64,000 nucleotides of DNA. It comes from Bacteroidia bacterium (lineage in GTDB: Bacteria > Bacteroidota > Bacteroidia > 2-12-FULL-35-15). This document shows positions 39,497 through 48,287 of the stretch, piece by piece (the first letter of the stretch is position 1; each line of letters opens with the position of its first letter). The stretch spans positions 114,467 to 178,466 of the forward strand of contig JBJMLR010000007.1 of the NCBI GenBank assembly GCA_045805205.1, given 5' to 3'. A program made the position numbers and the translations under genes. The notes beneath the pieces were generated by a model. It ran no database searches and was not told the origin of the DNA. It saw nothing but the letters and a program-made list of their open reading frames with translations.

Positions 39497-41920
39497 TTAT
39501 TTTTTTACAAATTTTTTGGTAACAGCACCTTTTGCTGATTCCACTTTCACGATGTACATGCCGTTAAATCCTTCCGGCAATGTGATGTTTACCGATTGAT
39601 CAAGTGCATTCACGCTCATTGTTTCGGTAATGTTCTGCCCGAGCATGTTGATCACAGAGATGTTTGTGTTCGCAGCTTCTGTATAGCTGAAATTGATCGT
39701 GTTTCCGGTTGCGTTCGGAAGGATCTCAACTTCGTTGCTCAGAGAAGGTGTTGATGAAGCGACCGAGGACTTGCAGTTGCTGTCTTTGCTCAGCACCAGT
39801 GTAAAACGATCAGGGTTATCGTTTGGATCAGCCATGAAGCAGTAGCCATTACCGTCGTTCAGGTCGATCACCTCTCCGGACTGCTTATCCAGCAATTTTA
39901 CGCAGGTATACTCCGGAATAAAGCTGTAGCCTGCAGGATCAAGACGATATTTGCCTGCAACGCTGACCTTTGTCCGCAGCGGAATAGAATAATTTTCATT
40001 AGCAGAATTAAAGCTGAAGATATTGATCTTCTTGCCTTCCAGCATCGTATACATTTCAGGTGTAGTAGCGTTGATACTCTTATGGAACGGGATGTCCTTT
40101 GAGTCGAGTGCATCGATGCCGTCGCCTTCAGCAGAAACCTTGAAGATGTGAGCTGCTTTGGATGTTGTGCTGCTCAGTTTCAGCGTGAAATAAGGCTGCA
40201 TGCGTTCTCCGGCTTTGAGTGAGCTGTTTGAAGAAGTTGTTTTAGCGGACTCAGGGATGATCAGGGTCATCGGGCCGGCAAGTCCGTATACCCAGAAGCC
40301 CTGTGTAGATCCGATCTCCTGGCCGGATGCAGAGGTGTATCCGTTCCAATCCGCGATCGTGTAATCATACATTTCGAAATAATCGTACATGCCGCTTCCT
40401 GCACCGCCGGATGCAGTGTAAACACTCGACCAGGAAATGCTGGATGCAAACGGATTACCAACGAGGTTCCATCCCTGTACCGTATTTGAAACGGAGCTGC
40501 TCAGGTCAAAATCACCCTGGTTCGGCACGCCAACGGTGGTTAGGGTGGTAGCTGGAAAATTCGCATAGCTGTAATCACCTGAGAGGAAAACTTCAAAGCC
40601 TTGTCCGGCATTTAATGACGTTCCCGAAGAAGTTACAGGTACATAAGCATCTGCCATTTCATCATACGTAGCGGCCGAGGCATAGTCGTTGGGAGGATTG
40701 TCAGTATAGCTGACTGCCGGCAATTCATTATCCCAGTCGTTGAACGTTGTGCTTTGCACCGGTGAGGAAAGATCTGCCCAGGTAGTGTCTCTTGCGGTAA
40801 TAAAGCGCTGGATCGTGAAGTTTCCGGCAATGGCTCCGGTGCCTGCGATCGGTGCAATACGGGCTGTCTGAGCGGCGGTAGAGGTCATGGTGAATGGTCG
40901 TCCGCCGGTATTGAAAGTTCCATTTGAAACCGTGAGGACCTCATTCAGATTATATGTTCCGCTGGTGAGTGTTACACCCGCAGTATTATTGATCACCAGC
41001 CTTTTAAAGGTAGTTGTTCCGGATGTATTGGAAACCGTTTGTGATGTTGTTCCGCTGAACGTCACGCTTTTTCCGGCGCTGGCCACAAATGTAGCGGAGC
41101 TGGACCAGTTTCCGTTAACGGTGATGTTAAAGTTGTTGGAATTGAATGTAAGCGTGCTTCCCAATGTAAGGTTTTTGCGGACCAGCAGATCCTGGAGAAT
41201 GGTTTTTGTCCCGGCGCTGGTAGCAATGGTAAGGTTGTAATAGCCGTTATTGGCGCCGGCGATTGTCAGCGGAACATTTCCGGCTCCGTAGTTCAGGATC
41301 ACGGTGTTGTTATTAGCGGAGCAGTCAAGGGTTGAGCCGGCAAAAAAGCCGTTTTTACGGATATCAAGCGTTGCTGATGTGCCATTGATGAATTTTGCAG
41401 TTGAATGCGAAATAACGGTTCCGAAAACAAAGCTTCCAAGGTTGGTTGTCACCGACAGAGAGCTGAATGATGGTGTACAGCCCAGCTTGCTGATGACAGA
41501 GCCGGCAAGGATCGTACGTGTGCCCGTGAATGCATAACGGACCTGGGAGCCCGAACCTGCTGCAACCGAAATAGTAGTTCCGGGAGCAGCGAACTGCATG
41601 ATCCCGATTCCGGTTTCAGAACCAGTGGCGGAGACCACATAATTCCCTTTCACGTTCAGTATGATGTTTGCAAGATAGGAGATTGTACCATTTACCGTAA
41701 GGTTATTGCAGTTTGCAGCTGCAGCGAGTGTGATAGTGCTGCCCGCAGTGATCGTGACATTATCAGAAGCACCGGGAATTCCGGCAGGTGACCATGAACT
41801 GGAAGTATTCCAATCTGCCGAACCGGCAGCTGCGGGAACATAATTGACGCCGATCGCGTCAATGCAAATTCCACATGCAAATAAAGCAGTGGCCGCGAGT
41901 GTTTTTTTGAATAGCTTCAT
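39497..41920 (-). CDS. T9SS cargo protein, paralog of the 1884-aa protein's C-terminal module
   Basis: Signal peptide, G8-like DWNTSSSW..GIPGASDNVTI, shared ARIAPI..QRF..GWNLVGNPFASSISW module, CTD NMLGQ...GMYIVKV...KKFVKK. Confidence 0.85.
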   Translation of the reverse strand: MKLFKKTLAATALFACGICIDAIGVNYVPAAAGSADWNTSSSWSPAGIPGASDNVTITAGSTITLAAAANCNNLTVNGTISYLANIILNVKGNYVVSATGSETGIGIMQFAAPGTTISVAAGSGSQVRYAFTGTRTILAGSVISKLGCTPSFSSLSVTTNLGSFVFGTVISHSTAKFINGTSATLDIRKNGFFAGSTLDCSANNNTVILNYGAGNVPLTIAGANNGYYNLTIATSAGTKTILQDLLVRKNLTLGSTLTFNSNNFNITVNGNWSSSATFVASAGKSVTFSGTTSQTVSNTSGTTTFKRLVINNTAGVTLTSGTYNLNEVLTVSNGTFNTGGRPFTMTSTAAQTARIAPIAGTGAIAGNFTIQRFITARDTTWADLSSPVQSTTFNDWDNELPAVSYTDNPPNDYASAATYDEMADAYVPVTSSGTSLNAGQGFEVFLSGDYSYANFPATTLTTVGVPNQGDFDLSSSVSNTVQGWNLVGNPFASSISWSSVYTASGGAGSGMYDYFEMYDYTIADWNGYTSASGQEIGSTQGFWVYGLAGPMTLIIPESAKTTSSNSSLKAGERMQPYFTLKLSSTTSKAAHIFKVSAEGDGIDALDSKDIPFHKSINATTPEMYTMLEGKKINIFSFNSANENYSIPLRTKVSVAGKYRLDPAGYSFIPEYTCVKLLDKQSGEVIDLNDGNGYCFMADPNDNPDRFTLVLSKDSNCKSSVASSTPSLSNEVEILPNATGNTINFSYTEAANTNISVINMLGQNITETMSVNALDQSVNITLPEGFNGMYIVKVESAKGAVTKKFVKK

Positions 41921-41995
41921 AGGGTTTATTGTTTAATACGTAAAAATATGAATTTATTTTTTATCTGCCAAGGAAACATTGTCCATTTCTGCCTA

Positions 41996-42003
41996 CAAAA
42001 TTA
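41996..42003 (-). promoter_or_regulatory. -7 promoter box (TAATTTTG)
   Basis: TAnnTTTG on the minus strand upstream of start 41920. Confidence 0.4.
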
Positions 42004-42114
42004 ATTCGTTAGCCTCATTTAAGATATAGCTGTGATAATGTTTTCCGTGTAGGAGAAATCACTACAAAAAGCCCGCAAAAAACGTTTTAAAACATGTCGT
42101 CCGCATATAATTTC

Positions 42115-42122
42115 TATATTTG
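42115..42122 (+). promoter_or_regulatory. -7 promoter box (TATATTTG) for the wzc operon
   Basis: Exact TAnnTTTG upstream of ATG 42145. Confidence 0.55.
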
Positions 42123-42144
42123 CAAAAATCCCATCCGGTAAAAT

Positions 42145-44526
42145 ATGGCAGACAAAAAAGGGTCCAACATCATAGAAATGGACGATATCAGGTCGTTCCT
42201 GAAAGTCTTTTCCAAGAACTGGTACATCCTTATTCTGGCTGTCATCGTTTCTGCTGTAATTGCCTATTTTTATACCTACAAGCTTCCTGATATTTATGCT
42301 GCCAAATCACAGGTACTCCTGAAATCGGATCAGACCTATGATTACCAGACAAAGCTTTATAACGGTCTTGGTTATTATCCCATTTACCAGGACAACGCCA
42401 ACCAGATCCGGGTATTGACCTCTAATGATCTTATTGAAAAGGCGCTTGAGAAACTGAAGCTTGATGTTTCCTATTATATCGTCGGCCGCCTCAAAACGAC
42501 CGAAGTGTATGATGCGATGCCGTTTGATTTTTCGGCGAAGCTGCTGGACGGAAAGCTGTACGAAAAAGAGATCAGGTTCAAGATCCTCGACAAGCAGCGA
42601 TTCCGGATCACGTATCAGAAGGGAGATAAAGAAGTAGTGAAGGAATTCCCGTTCGATAAGGATATCTACGACAATGATTTTGTGCTGAACGTAAAAAAGA
42701 ACGATAACATCAACGACAAAACGATCCAGAACATCAGCGAGAATGACTACATGATCAAGGTGCATAATATGGGTAGCATGGTGGGTCATTATAAAGGTGC
42801 ATTAAGTGTGGAGGAAGTTGAAAATACTTCCATTCTTGAGCTTTCGGTAGAGGATGAGATCGCTGCCCGTGCGATCACTTTCCTGGATACACTCTCTAAA
42901 GTATATATCGATTATACGGCATCTGCGCAGTACACGGTGAATGAGAATACGCTGAATAATATCGACAAGCAGCTGGCGGGTGTAACGGAAGTGCTTACAT
43001 CGATCGAGGACGATCTTGAAAATTACAAAGCGAACAAGGAAGTACTGGATCTTCCAAAACAGGAGGACCAGTATTTCGACAAGCTGGTGGAATACGACGC
43101 GCAGAAAAGGGAGCTGGAGCTTTGGATCGGATCCCTCGAGGCGCTGGAAAAATATATTATTGCGATCGGAGAGCAAAAAGATGAGAAACTTTTGCCGCCT
43201 TCTTTTTATATCGGAAAAGATGATGACTATCTGAAGACCGCGATCAACGAGCTGTATACATTGCAGATGAACCGGAATTCCAGGCTATTCAATTCTACAG
43301 AAGAAAATAAGAATATCTCCGAATTGGATCAGACGGTGGTACTTCTCAAAAAAAATATCCTCACGTACATCAAGAATTCGAAAGAGGGCATCCAGAATAA
43401 GATCAAAGATATCGATAAGCAGATCGCCGATTATACTGCGATCATTAAAGGGATCCCAAAAACGCAGCGGGATCTTCTGACGATCCAGCGCAAGGTGGAT
43501 GTGAATGAAAAAATGTATGTCTACCTGCTGGAGCAGCGGGCGAACACGATCATTGCGCGTGCGGGGATCCTTCCGCAAACGGATATTATTGAATCGGCGC
43601 ACTCGATCGGGATCATTAAGCCAAACAAAAGAAAGATCCTTTATTATTTTATGACGGTCGGATTGCTCCTCAGCCTTATTGTCGTATTCATCCGCACGGT
43701 GCTGTTCTCAACGATCGAAAATATCCTCGAGCTGAAGCGCCTGACCAGCCTGCCCGTTCTGGGAGAAGTATTGCTTTCGGACGATGCGAAGTTTAACTAT
43801 ATCATTGTGGACAAAGATCCGAAATCGGCGGTCACGGAGAGCTTCCGGGCCATCCGGACCAACCTGGAATACATGGCAAGCAATGCGCGCTCAAAAGTGA
43901 TCCTGATCACTTCGTACAATCCGGGTGAAGGAAAAACATTCTGTTCGGTGAACCTTGCTACGATCCTTGCCAAAGCCGGAAAAAAAGTGCTGATCCTGGA
44001 ATTGGATCTTCATAAGCCGAAAGTGCAGAAGGCGCTGAATATGTCGTCCGAGATGGGAGTAAGTACAGTGCTGATCGGCAGGAATACAATAGAAGAAGCC
44101 ATTCTAACTACGGAAATTGAAAACCTGTCGGTTGTGCTTTCAGGTCCGACTCCTCCGAATGCATCGGAGATCATATTGAGCCCGCAGCTGAGTGAGATCA
44201 TGGAGTATGGGCGTACCCATTACGATTATGTGATCGTGGATACTCCGCCTGTCGGGTTGATCACCGATGCATTGGTCATCATGAAGCACGTGGATGTATC
44301 TCTTTTTGTACTCAATGCAAAATATGCCAAGAAACAGATCGTGAAGATCGCAGAAGAAATTGTTGAAGCAAATAAGCTGAAGAATTTCGGGCTCATCCTG
44401 AATGGTGTCAAACGCACCCGCCGCGGATATTATAACAGCTATGGCTACGGCTATGGTTATGGCTACGGATATAGCTATGGCTACGGCTACGGCGGTTACG
44501 GTTATGGAAATTCCAAGAAAAAATAA
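42145..44526 (+). CDS. wzc: Wzc-type polysaccharide co-polymerase / BY tyrosine kinase
   Basis: Two TM segments flanking a periplasmic coiled region, ESFRAIRTNL, Walker A GEGKT, Walker B VIVDTPP, C-terminal Tyr cluster. Confidence 0.92.
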   Translation: MADKKGSNIIEMDDIRSFLKVFSKNWYILILAVIVSAVIAYFYTYKLPDIYAAKSQVLLKSDQTYDYQTKLYNGLGYYPIYQDNANQIRVLTSNDLIEKALEKLKLDVSYYIVGRLKTTEVYDAMPFDFSAKLLDGKLYEKEIRFKILDKQRFRITYQKGDKEVVKEFPFDKDIYDNDFVLNVKKNDNINDKTIQNISENDYMIKVHNMGSMVGHYKGALSVEEVENTSILELSVEDEIAARAITFLDTLSKVYIDYTASAQYTVNENTLNNIDKQLAGVTEVLTSIEDDLENYKANKEVLDLPKQEDQYFDKLVEYDAQKRELELWIGSLEALEKYIIAIGEQKDEKLLPPSFYIGKDDDYLKTAINELYTLQMNRNSRLFNSTEENKNISELDQTVVLLKKNILTYIKNSKEGIQNKIKDIDKQIADYTAIIKGIPKTQRDLLTIQRKVDVNEKMYVYLLEQRANTIIARAGILPQTDIIESAHSIGIIKPNKRKILYYFMTVGLLLSLIVVFIRTVLFSTIENILELKRLTSLPVLGEVLLSDDAKFNYIIVDKDPKSAVTESFRAIRTNLEYMASNARSKVILITSYNPGEGKTFCSVNLATILAKAGKKVLILELDLHKPKVQKALNMSSEMGVSTVLIGRNTIEEAILTTEIENLSVVLSGPTPPNASEIILSPQLSEIMEYGRTHYDYVIVDTPPVGLITDALVIMKHVDVSLFVLNAKYAKKQIVKIAEEIVEANKLKNFGLILNGVKRTRRGYYNSYGYGYGYGYGYSYGYGYGGYGYGNSKKK
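44440..44508 (+). repeat. (TAY GGN)n repeat encoding the YG tyrosine cluster
   Basis: YGYGYGYGYGYSYGYGYGGYGYG. Confidence 0.9.
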
Positions 44527-44547
44527 GCCGGTGTGCGGCAAACAGCG

Positions 44548-45399
44548 ATGAACAAACGAGAGGAAGACTGGACACTTGTCGTAAGACCGCAGAATAAATT
44601 GCTGCAGCTGAACTTACGGGAGCTGTGGCATTACCGTGATCTGGTGATCCTCTTTGTCAGGAGAGATTTTGTGTCGTACTACAAGCAGACCATTCTCGGT
44701 CCTTTGTGGTATATTATTCAACCGGTTCTCACCGCGATCATGTACTCGTTCGTTTTCGGAACAATCGCAAACATCGATACCCCGGGACTTCCGAAATTCC
44801 TCTTCTATCTTTCCAGCATCACGATGTGGAATTATTTTGCGGAAACGCTGAATAAAACCTCGAATACGTTCATTGCCAATGCACAGATCTTCGGTAAGGT
44901 ATATTTTCCGAGACTAACAGTTCCTTTGTCGATCGTGATCAGCAGCCTGATCGCGTTCCTGATCCAGCTCGCCGTATTTGTGACGGTTTTACTCTATTAT
45001 AATTTTGCCGGGACTCCCTTGCATCCCAACATCTACCTGCTGCTGCTGCCGCTGCTTGTTTTGGTAATGGCCGGGATCGGGCTGGGAGCGGGGATGATCA
45101 TTTCATCTTTAACAACCAAATACCGCGACCTTCGTTTTCTCATTACGTTCGGAGTGCAGCTGCTGATGTTCGCCACACCGGTGATCTATCCATTATCGGC
45201 GGTGATGGGAAAAAAGAAATTGCTGCTGATCGCGAATCCGCTGAGCTCTGTGATCGAAACGTTCCGCTATGGTTTCACCGGTGTCGGGGAATTTCACTGG
45301 GGATATCTTTTGTACAGCGTTGTGTTCATGGTAGCGGTGGTAGCGGCCGGCTCGGTGCTTTTTAACAAGGTTGAAAAATCATTCATGGATACCGTTTAA
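44548..45399 (+). CDS. wzm: ABC-2 polysaccharide exporter permease
   Basis: YKQTILGPLW, VYFPRL, KYRDL, TPVIYP, NPLSSVIETFR. Alternative GTG at 44533. Confidence 0.9.
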   Translation: MNKREEDWTLVVRPQNKLLQLNLRELWHYRDLVILFVRRDFVSYYKQTILGPLWYIIQPVLTAIMYSFVFGTIANIDTPGLPKFLFYLSSITMWNYFAETLNKTSNTFIANAQIFGKVYFPRLTVPLSIVISSLIAFLIQLAVFVTVLLYYNFAGTPLHPNIYLLLLPLLVLVMAGIGLGAGMIISSLTTKYRDLRFLITFGVQLLMFATPVIYPLSAVMGKKKLLLIANPLSSVIETFRYGFTGVGEFHWGYLLYSVVFMVAVVAAGSVLFNKVEKSFMDTV

Positions 45400-45403
45400 C
45401 AAA

Positions 45404-46681
45404 GTGAAAACAGTTATCAAGGTCGATCATCTCTCAAAAGAATACCGCCTCGGTGAGGTGGGCACCGGTACGTTTTCCCGCGATCTGAACAGCTGGTGGG
45501 CTAAGCTCAGCGGAAAAGAGGATCCGAATGCAAAGATCGATCTGCTGAATAATAAAAATGGTAGCAGCGAAGGTATTCACAAGGCGCTGACCGATGTTTC
45601 TTTTGAAGTTCAGGAAGGAGAAGTGCTCGGGATCATCGGGAAAAACGGTGCGGGAAAATCAACCTTGCTGAAAGTGCTTTCGCGTGTAACCACACCGACT
45701 GCCGGTGAATTCAAGGTCCGCGGACGAATTGCGAGCTTGCTTGAAGTAGGAACAGGCTTTCACCCGGAACTTACCGGGAGAGAAAATATCTTTCTCAACG
45801 GAGCGATCCTCGGTATGAAAAAGGCGGAGATCAGCAGAAAGTTTGATGAGATCGTTGATTTTTCCGGTGTGGAAAAATTCATCGATACACCTGTAAAGAG
45901 ATATTCATCCGGAATGTATGTACGCCTGGCTTTCGCCGTAGCGGCGCACCTGGAACCGGAGATCCTTGTCGTGGATGAAGTACTGGCGGTAGGTGACATT
46001 GCTTTCCAGAACAAATGCATGGGAAAAATGAATGAAGTCAGCAAGCAGGGGCGGACCATTCTTTTTGTCAGTCATAATATGCAGGCGCTCAGCCAGCTTT
46101 GCACACGCGGGATCCTGCTGCAGAATGGCAGCGTTGTTCAGAACGGAAGCATTACCGAGTCGATCAGGAACTACCTGAGCAACTCGATCAGCACCACCGG
46201 TCCGGCTTATGATCTTTCCCTGAATACCGATCGAAGAGGAACGGGGCTGCTCCGGTTCACGAAACTGGAAATGTATAACAAAGGCTCTCTGAGCAATAAT
46301 TATGTGATCGGGGATGACATGGAGCTGCGGTTGACGGTGAAAGCCATCAAGCCGGTGAAAAATGTGAGCATTGCGATCCATCTTTATCGTTATGATGAGA
46401 TCGTGCTTGCTAACATTGAAAATATAGATTCGGGTTTCATCATCGACCAGGTGGAAGGAGAAACTACTTTTAATATTAAGTTCAGCAATCTTAACTTTTA
46501 TCCTGAGACCTATAAGCTTGGTTTTTGGATCGCCAGCTCCGACAGCCAGGAAACACATGACCACCTGAAGTATTGCGCAGAATTCCACATAATGGAAGGA
46601 TCACCGCTGGTCAAGCGAAAGCTGCTCAGGACCGGCGGCTCGATCTACCTGACACCGGAGTGGGGATCCGGCGGCCGTTAA
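45404..46681 (+). CDS. wzt: ABC polysaccharide exporter ATPase with Wzt_C domain
   Basis: GKNGAGKST, YSSGM, VVDE, SHN, C-terminal carbohydrate-binding-like domain. GTG 45404 preferred. Confidence 0.92.
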   Translation: MKTVIKVDHLSKEYRLGEVGTGTFSRDLNSWWAKLSGKEDPNAKIDLLNNKNGSSEGIHKALTDVSFEVQEGEVLGIIGKNGAGKSTLLKVLSRVTTPTAGEFKVRGRIASLLEVGTGFHPELTGRENIFLNGAILGMKKAEISRKFDEIVDFSGVEKFIDTPVKRYSSGMYVRLAFAVAAHLEPEILVVDEVLAVGDIAFQNKCMGKMNEVSKQGRTILFVSHNMQALSQLCTRGILLQNGSVVQNGSITESIRNYLSNSISTTGPAYDLSLNTDRRGTGLLRFTKLEMYNKGSLSNNYVIGDDMELRLTVKAIKPVKNVSIAIHLYRYDEIVLANIENIDSGFIIDQVEGETTFNIKFSNLNFYPETYKLGFWIASSDSQETHDHLKYCAEFHIMEGSPLVKRKLLRTGGSIYLTPEWGSGGR

Positions 46682-46718
46682 TGGCCTGCTGGCAAAAATT
46701 CCATTATCTTTATTTTCT

Positions 46719-47750
46719 GTGAGTTCTCAAGAACAACATATAAAGCCGCTTGCTACGGTGCTGATGCCGGTACACAATGTGGAAAAGTATCTGCATGAGG
46801 CTATTGACAGTATTCTCGGACAGACTTTCCGGGATTATATTTTCCTGATCATTAATGACGGATCAACTGACAACAGCGAAGAGATTGTTTTATCGTATGC
46901 TGATCCGAGGATCCGTTATGTAAGAAATGAAAAAAACATCGGGCTGGTTGCGACGCTGAACAGGGGGCTGGAACTGATCGACACGCGTTACATCATCCGC
47001 ATGGATTCGGATGATATTTCTGTTCCCGAGCGGTTTGAGATCCTTGTGAATTACATGGAGCTGCATCAGCACGTGGGTGTGTTTAGCTCGGCTCTTGAGC
47101 GTTTCGGCTCCGAGTCTGCGATCTGGACATCACCGCTTTCCAACGACGAGATTAAAGCGCATCTCTTGTTCGGATCATCCATCGGTCATGCTCCTTCTAT
47201 CATCAGAACCTCGGTTTTAAAAGAAAATCAGCTTTATTTCCGGGATGTTCATCCGCACATGGAAGATTATGATCTCTGGTTCCGGATGAAGGACCTGACA
47301 GATTTTGCCAACACTTCTGAAGTACTTTACAAATACCGTGTCGCTGATCACAATGTAACGGTGGTGAACCGGGAGTCGGTGATCGACCGGAAGAAAAAAA
47401 TATTTTCCTGGATCCTCGGCTCTATTGGCATCCAGCCGACCGATGAGGAATTATTATTTCATATTGGTTTTGGTGGAGAGCACCTGAAACCTTCCAGGGA
47501 AATCGTGAAAAAATACAGGGCCTGGCTTGACAAGCTGGTTGAAGCAAACCGGCGTACTCAGAGCTTTCCGCATGAGGCGCTGAAAAAAGAAATTGAGAAG
47601 CGATGGAACCGGTTGTTCTATTTTCTTCCGGACAGCTCATTCGGAAGCATCCCTGTTTATGCGCGATTGTCGGGAGGTCTCACCTGGGCGCAAATCGTGT
47701 ACATGTCAAAGTTCACCGTCAGTAAATTCGTGTTCCGCAAAGGGCAGTAA
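46719..47750 (+). CDS. GT2 glycosyltransferase
   Basis: TVLMPVHN, INDGSTD, RMDSDD, EDYDLW. Similar to the GT2 at 4739. Confidence 0.9.
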   Translation: MSSQEQHIKPLATVLMPVHNVEKYLHEAIDSILGQTFRDYIFLIINDGSTDNSEEIVLSYADPRIRYVRNEKNIGLVATLNRGLELIDTRYIIRMDSDDISVPERFEILVNYMELHQHVGVFSSALERFGSESAIWTSPLSNDEIKAHLLFGSSIGHAPSIIRTSVLKENQLYFRDVHPHMEDYDLWFRMKDLTDFANTSEVLYKYRVADHNVTVVNRESVIDRKKKIFSWILGSIGIQPTDEELLFHIGFGGEHLKPSREIVKKYRAWLDKLVEANRRTQSFPHEALKKEIEKRWNRLFYFLPDSSFGSIPVYARLSGGLTWAQIVYMSKFTVSKFVFRKGQ

Positions 47751-47789
47751 GAATATTTTTAGTATATTTACAGGACAGTATAAGCGAAC

Positions 47790-48287
47790 ATGAAATTAAG
47801 TCTCCTGCTTCCATGTGCTTTCTTCTTTTGCTGCTCACTGGGGTACGCTCAGTATGTGGAGCGGCCTACAGATTTTTCTTCTTCGGGATCATACGGATAT
47901 AATACCACCAACCAGCTTCAATCCAATATCGGTGAGTTGATGATAACGACATTCAGCTCTTCCGCCGGAATGCTGACGCAAGGGTATATTCAGCCTGAAC
48001 CGGGCGTCATCACTGTTGCCGGAAATATCGGGACAGGACAGGCGCTGGTGTATCCGAATCCTTTTACCGATCAGTTTTTTGTTGATCTTCCTTCTGCTGC
48101 TGACCAGCCTTCAATTGAAGTGTATGATGTGACGGGTCGGTTGTGCTCTGCTTCACTTGAGTCCGTAACTATCTCCGGCCGGCTGCGTTACTCACTCCGC
48201 TTAGCTGAAAGTGCCGGCGGAATTTATTTTGTAAGAATTCATTCTGCGCAGATCAATGCCACGATCAAAATAATTAAGCTCGGATGA
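47790..48287 (+). CDS. Small T9SS type A cargo protein (165 aa)
   Basis: Signal GYA/QY, short SNIGE...LTQGYIQP domain, CTD VYPNPF...YDVTGR...GIYFVRI...KIIK. Confidence 0.85.
   Translation: MKLSLLLPCAFFFCCSLGYAQYVERPTDFSSSGSYGYNTTNQLQSNIGELMITTFSSSAGMLTQGYIQPEPGVITVAGNIGTGQALVYPNPFTDQFFVDLPSAADQPSIEVYDVTGRLCSASLESVTISGRLRYSLRLAESAGGIYFVRIHSAQINATIKIIKLG

Noticed and set aside
37154-41008. Invertible segment bounded by the inverted paralogous modules
   Set aside because: DNA similarity is visibly broken at many synonymous sites. No recombinase or short perfect inverted repeat was seen.
41921-42144. tRNA/ncRNA or ops/JUMPstart element in the divergent spacer
   Set aside because: No cloverleaf or conserved element recognised; only -7 promoter boxes.
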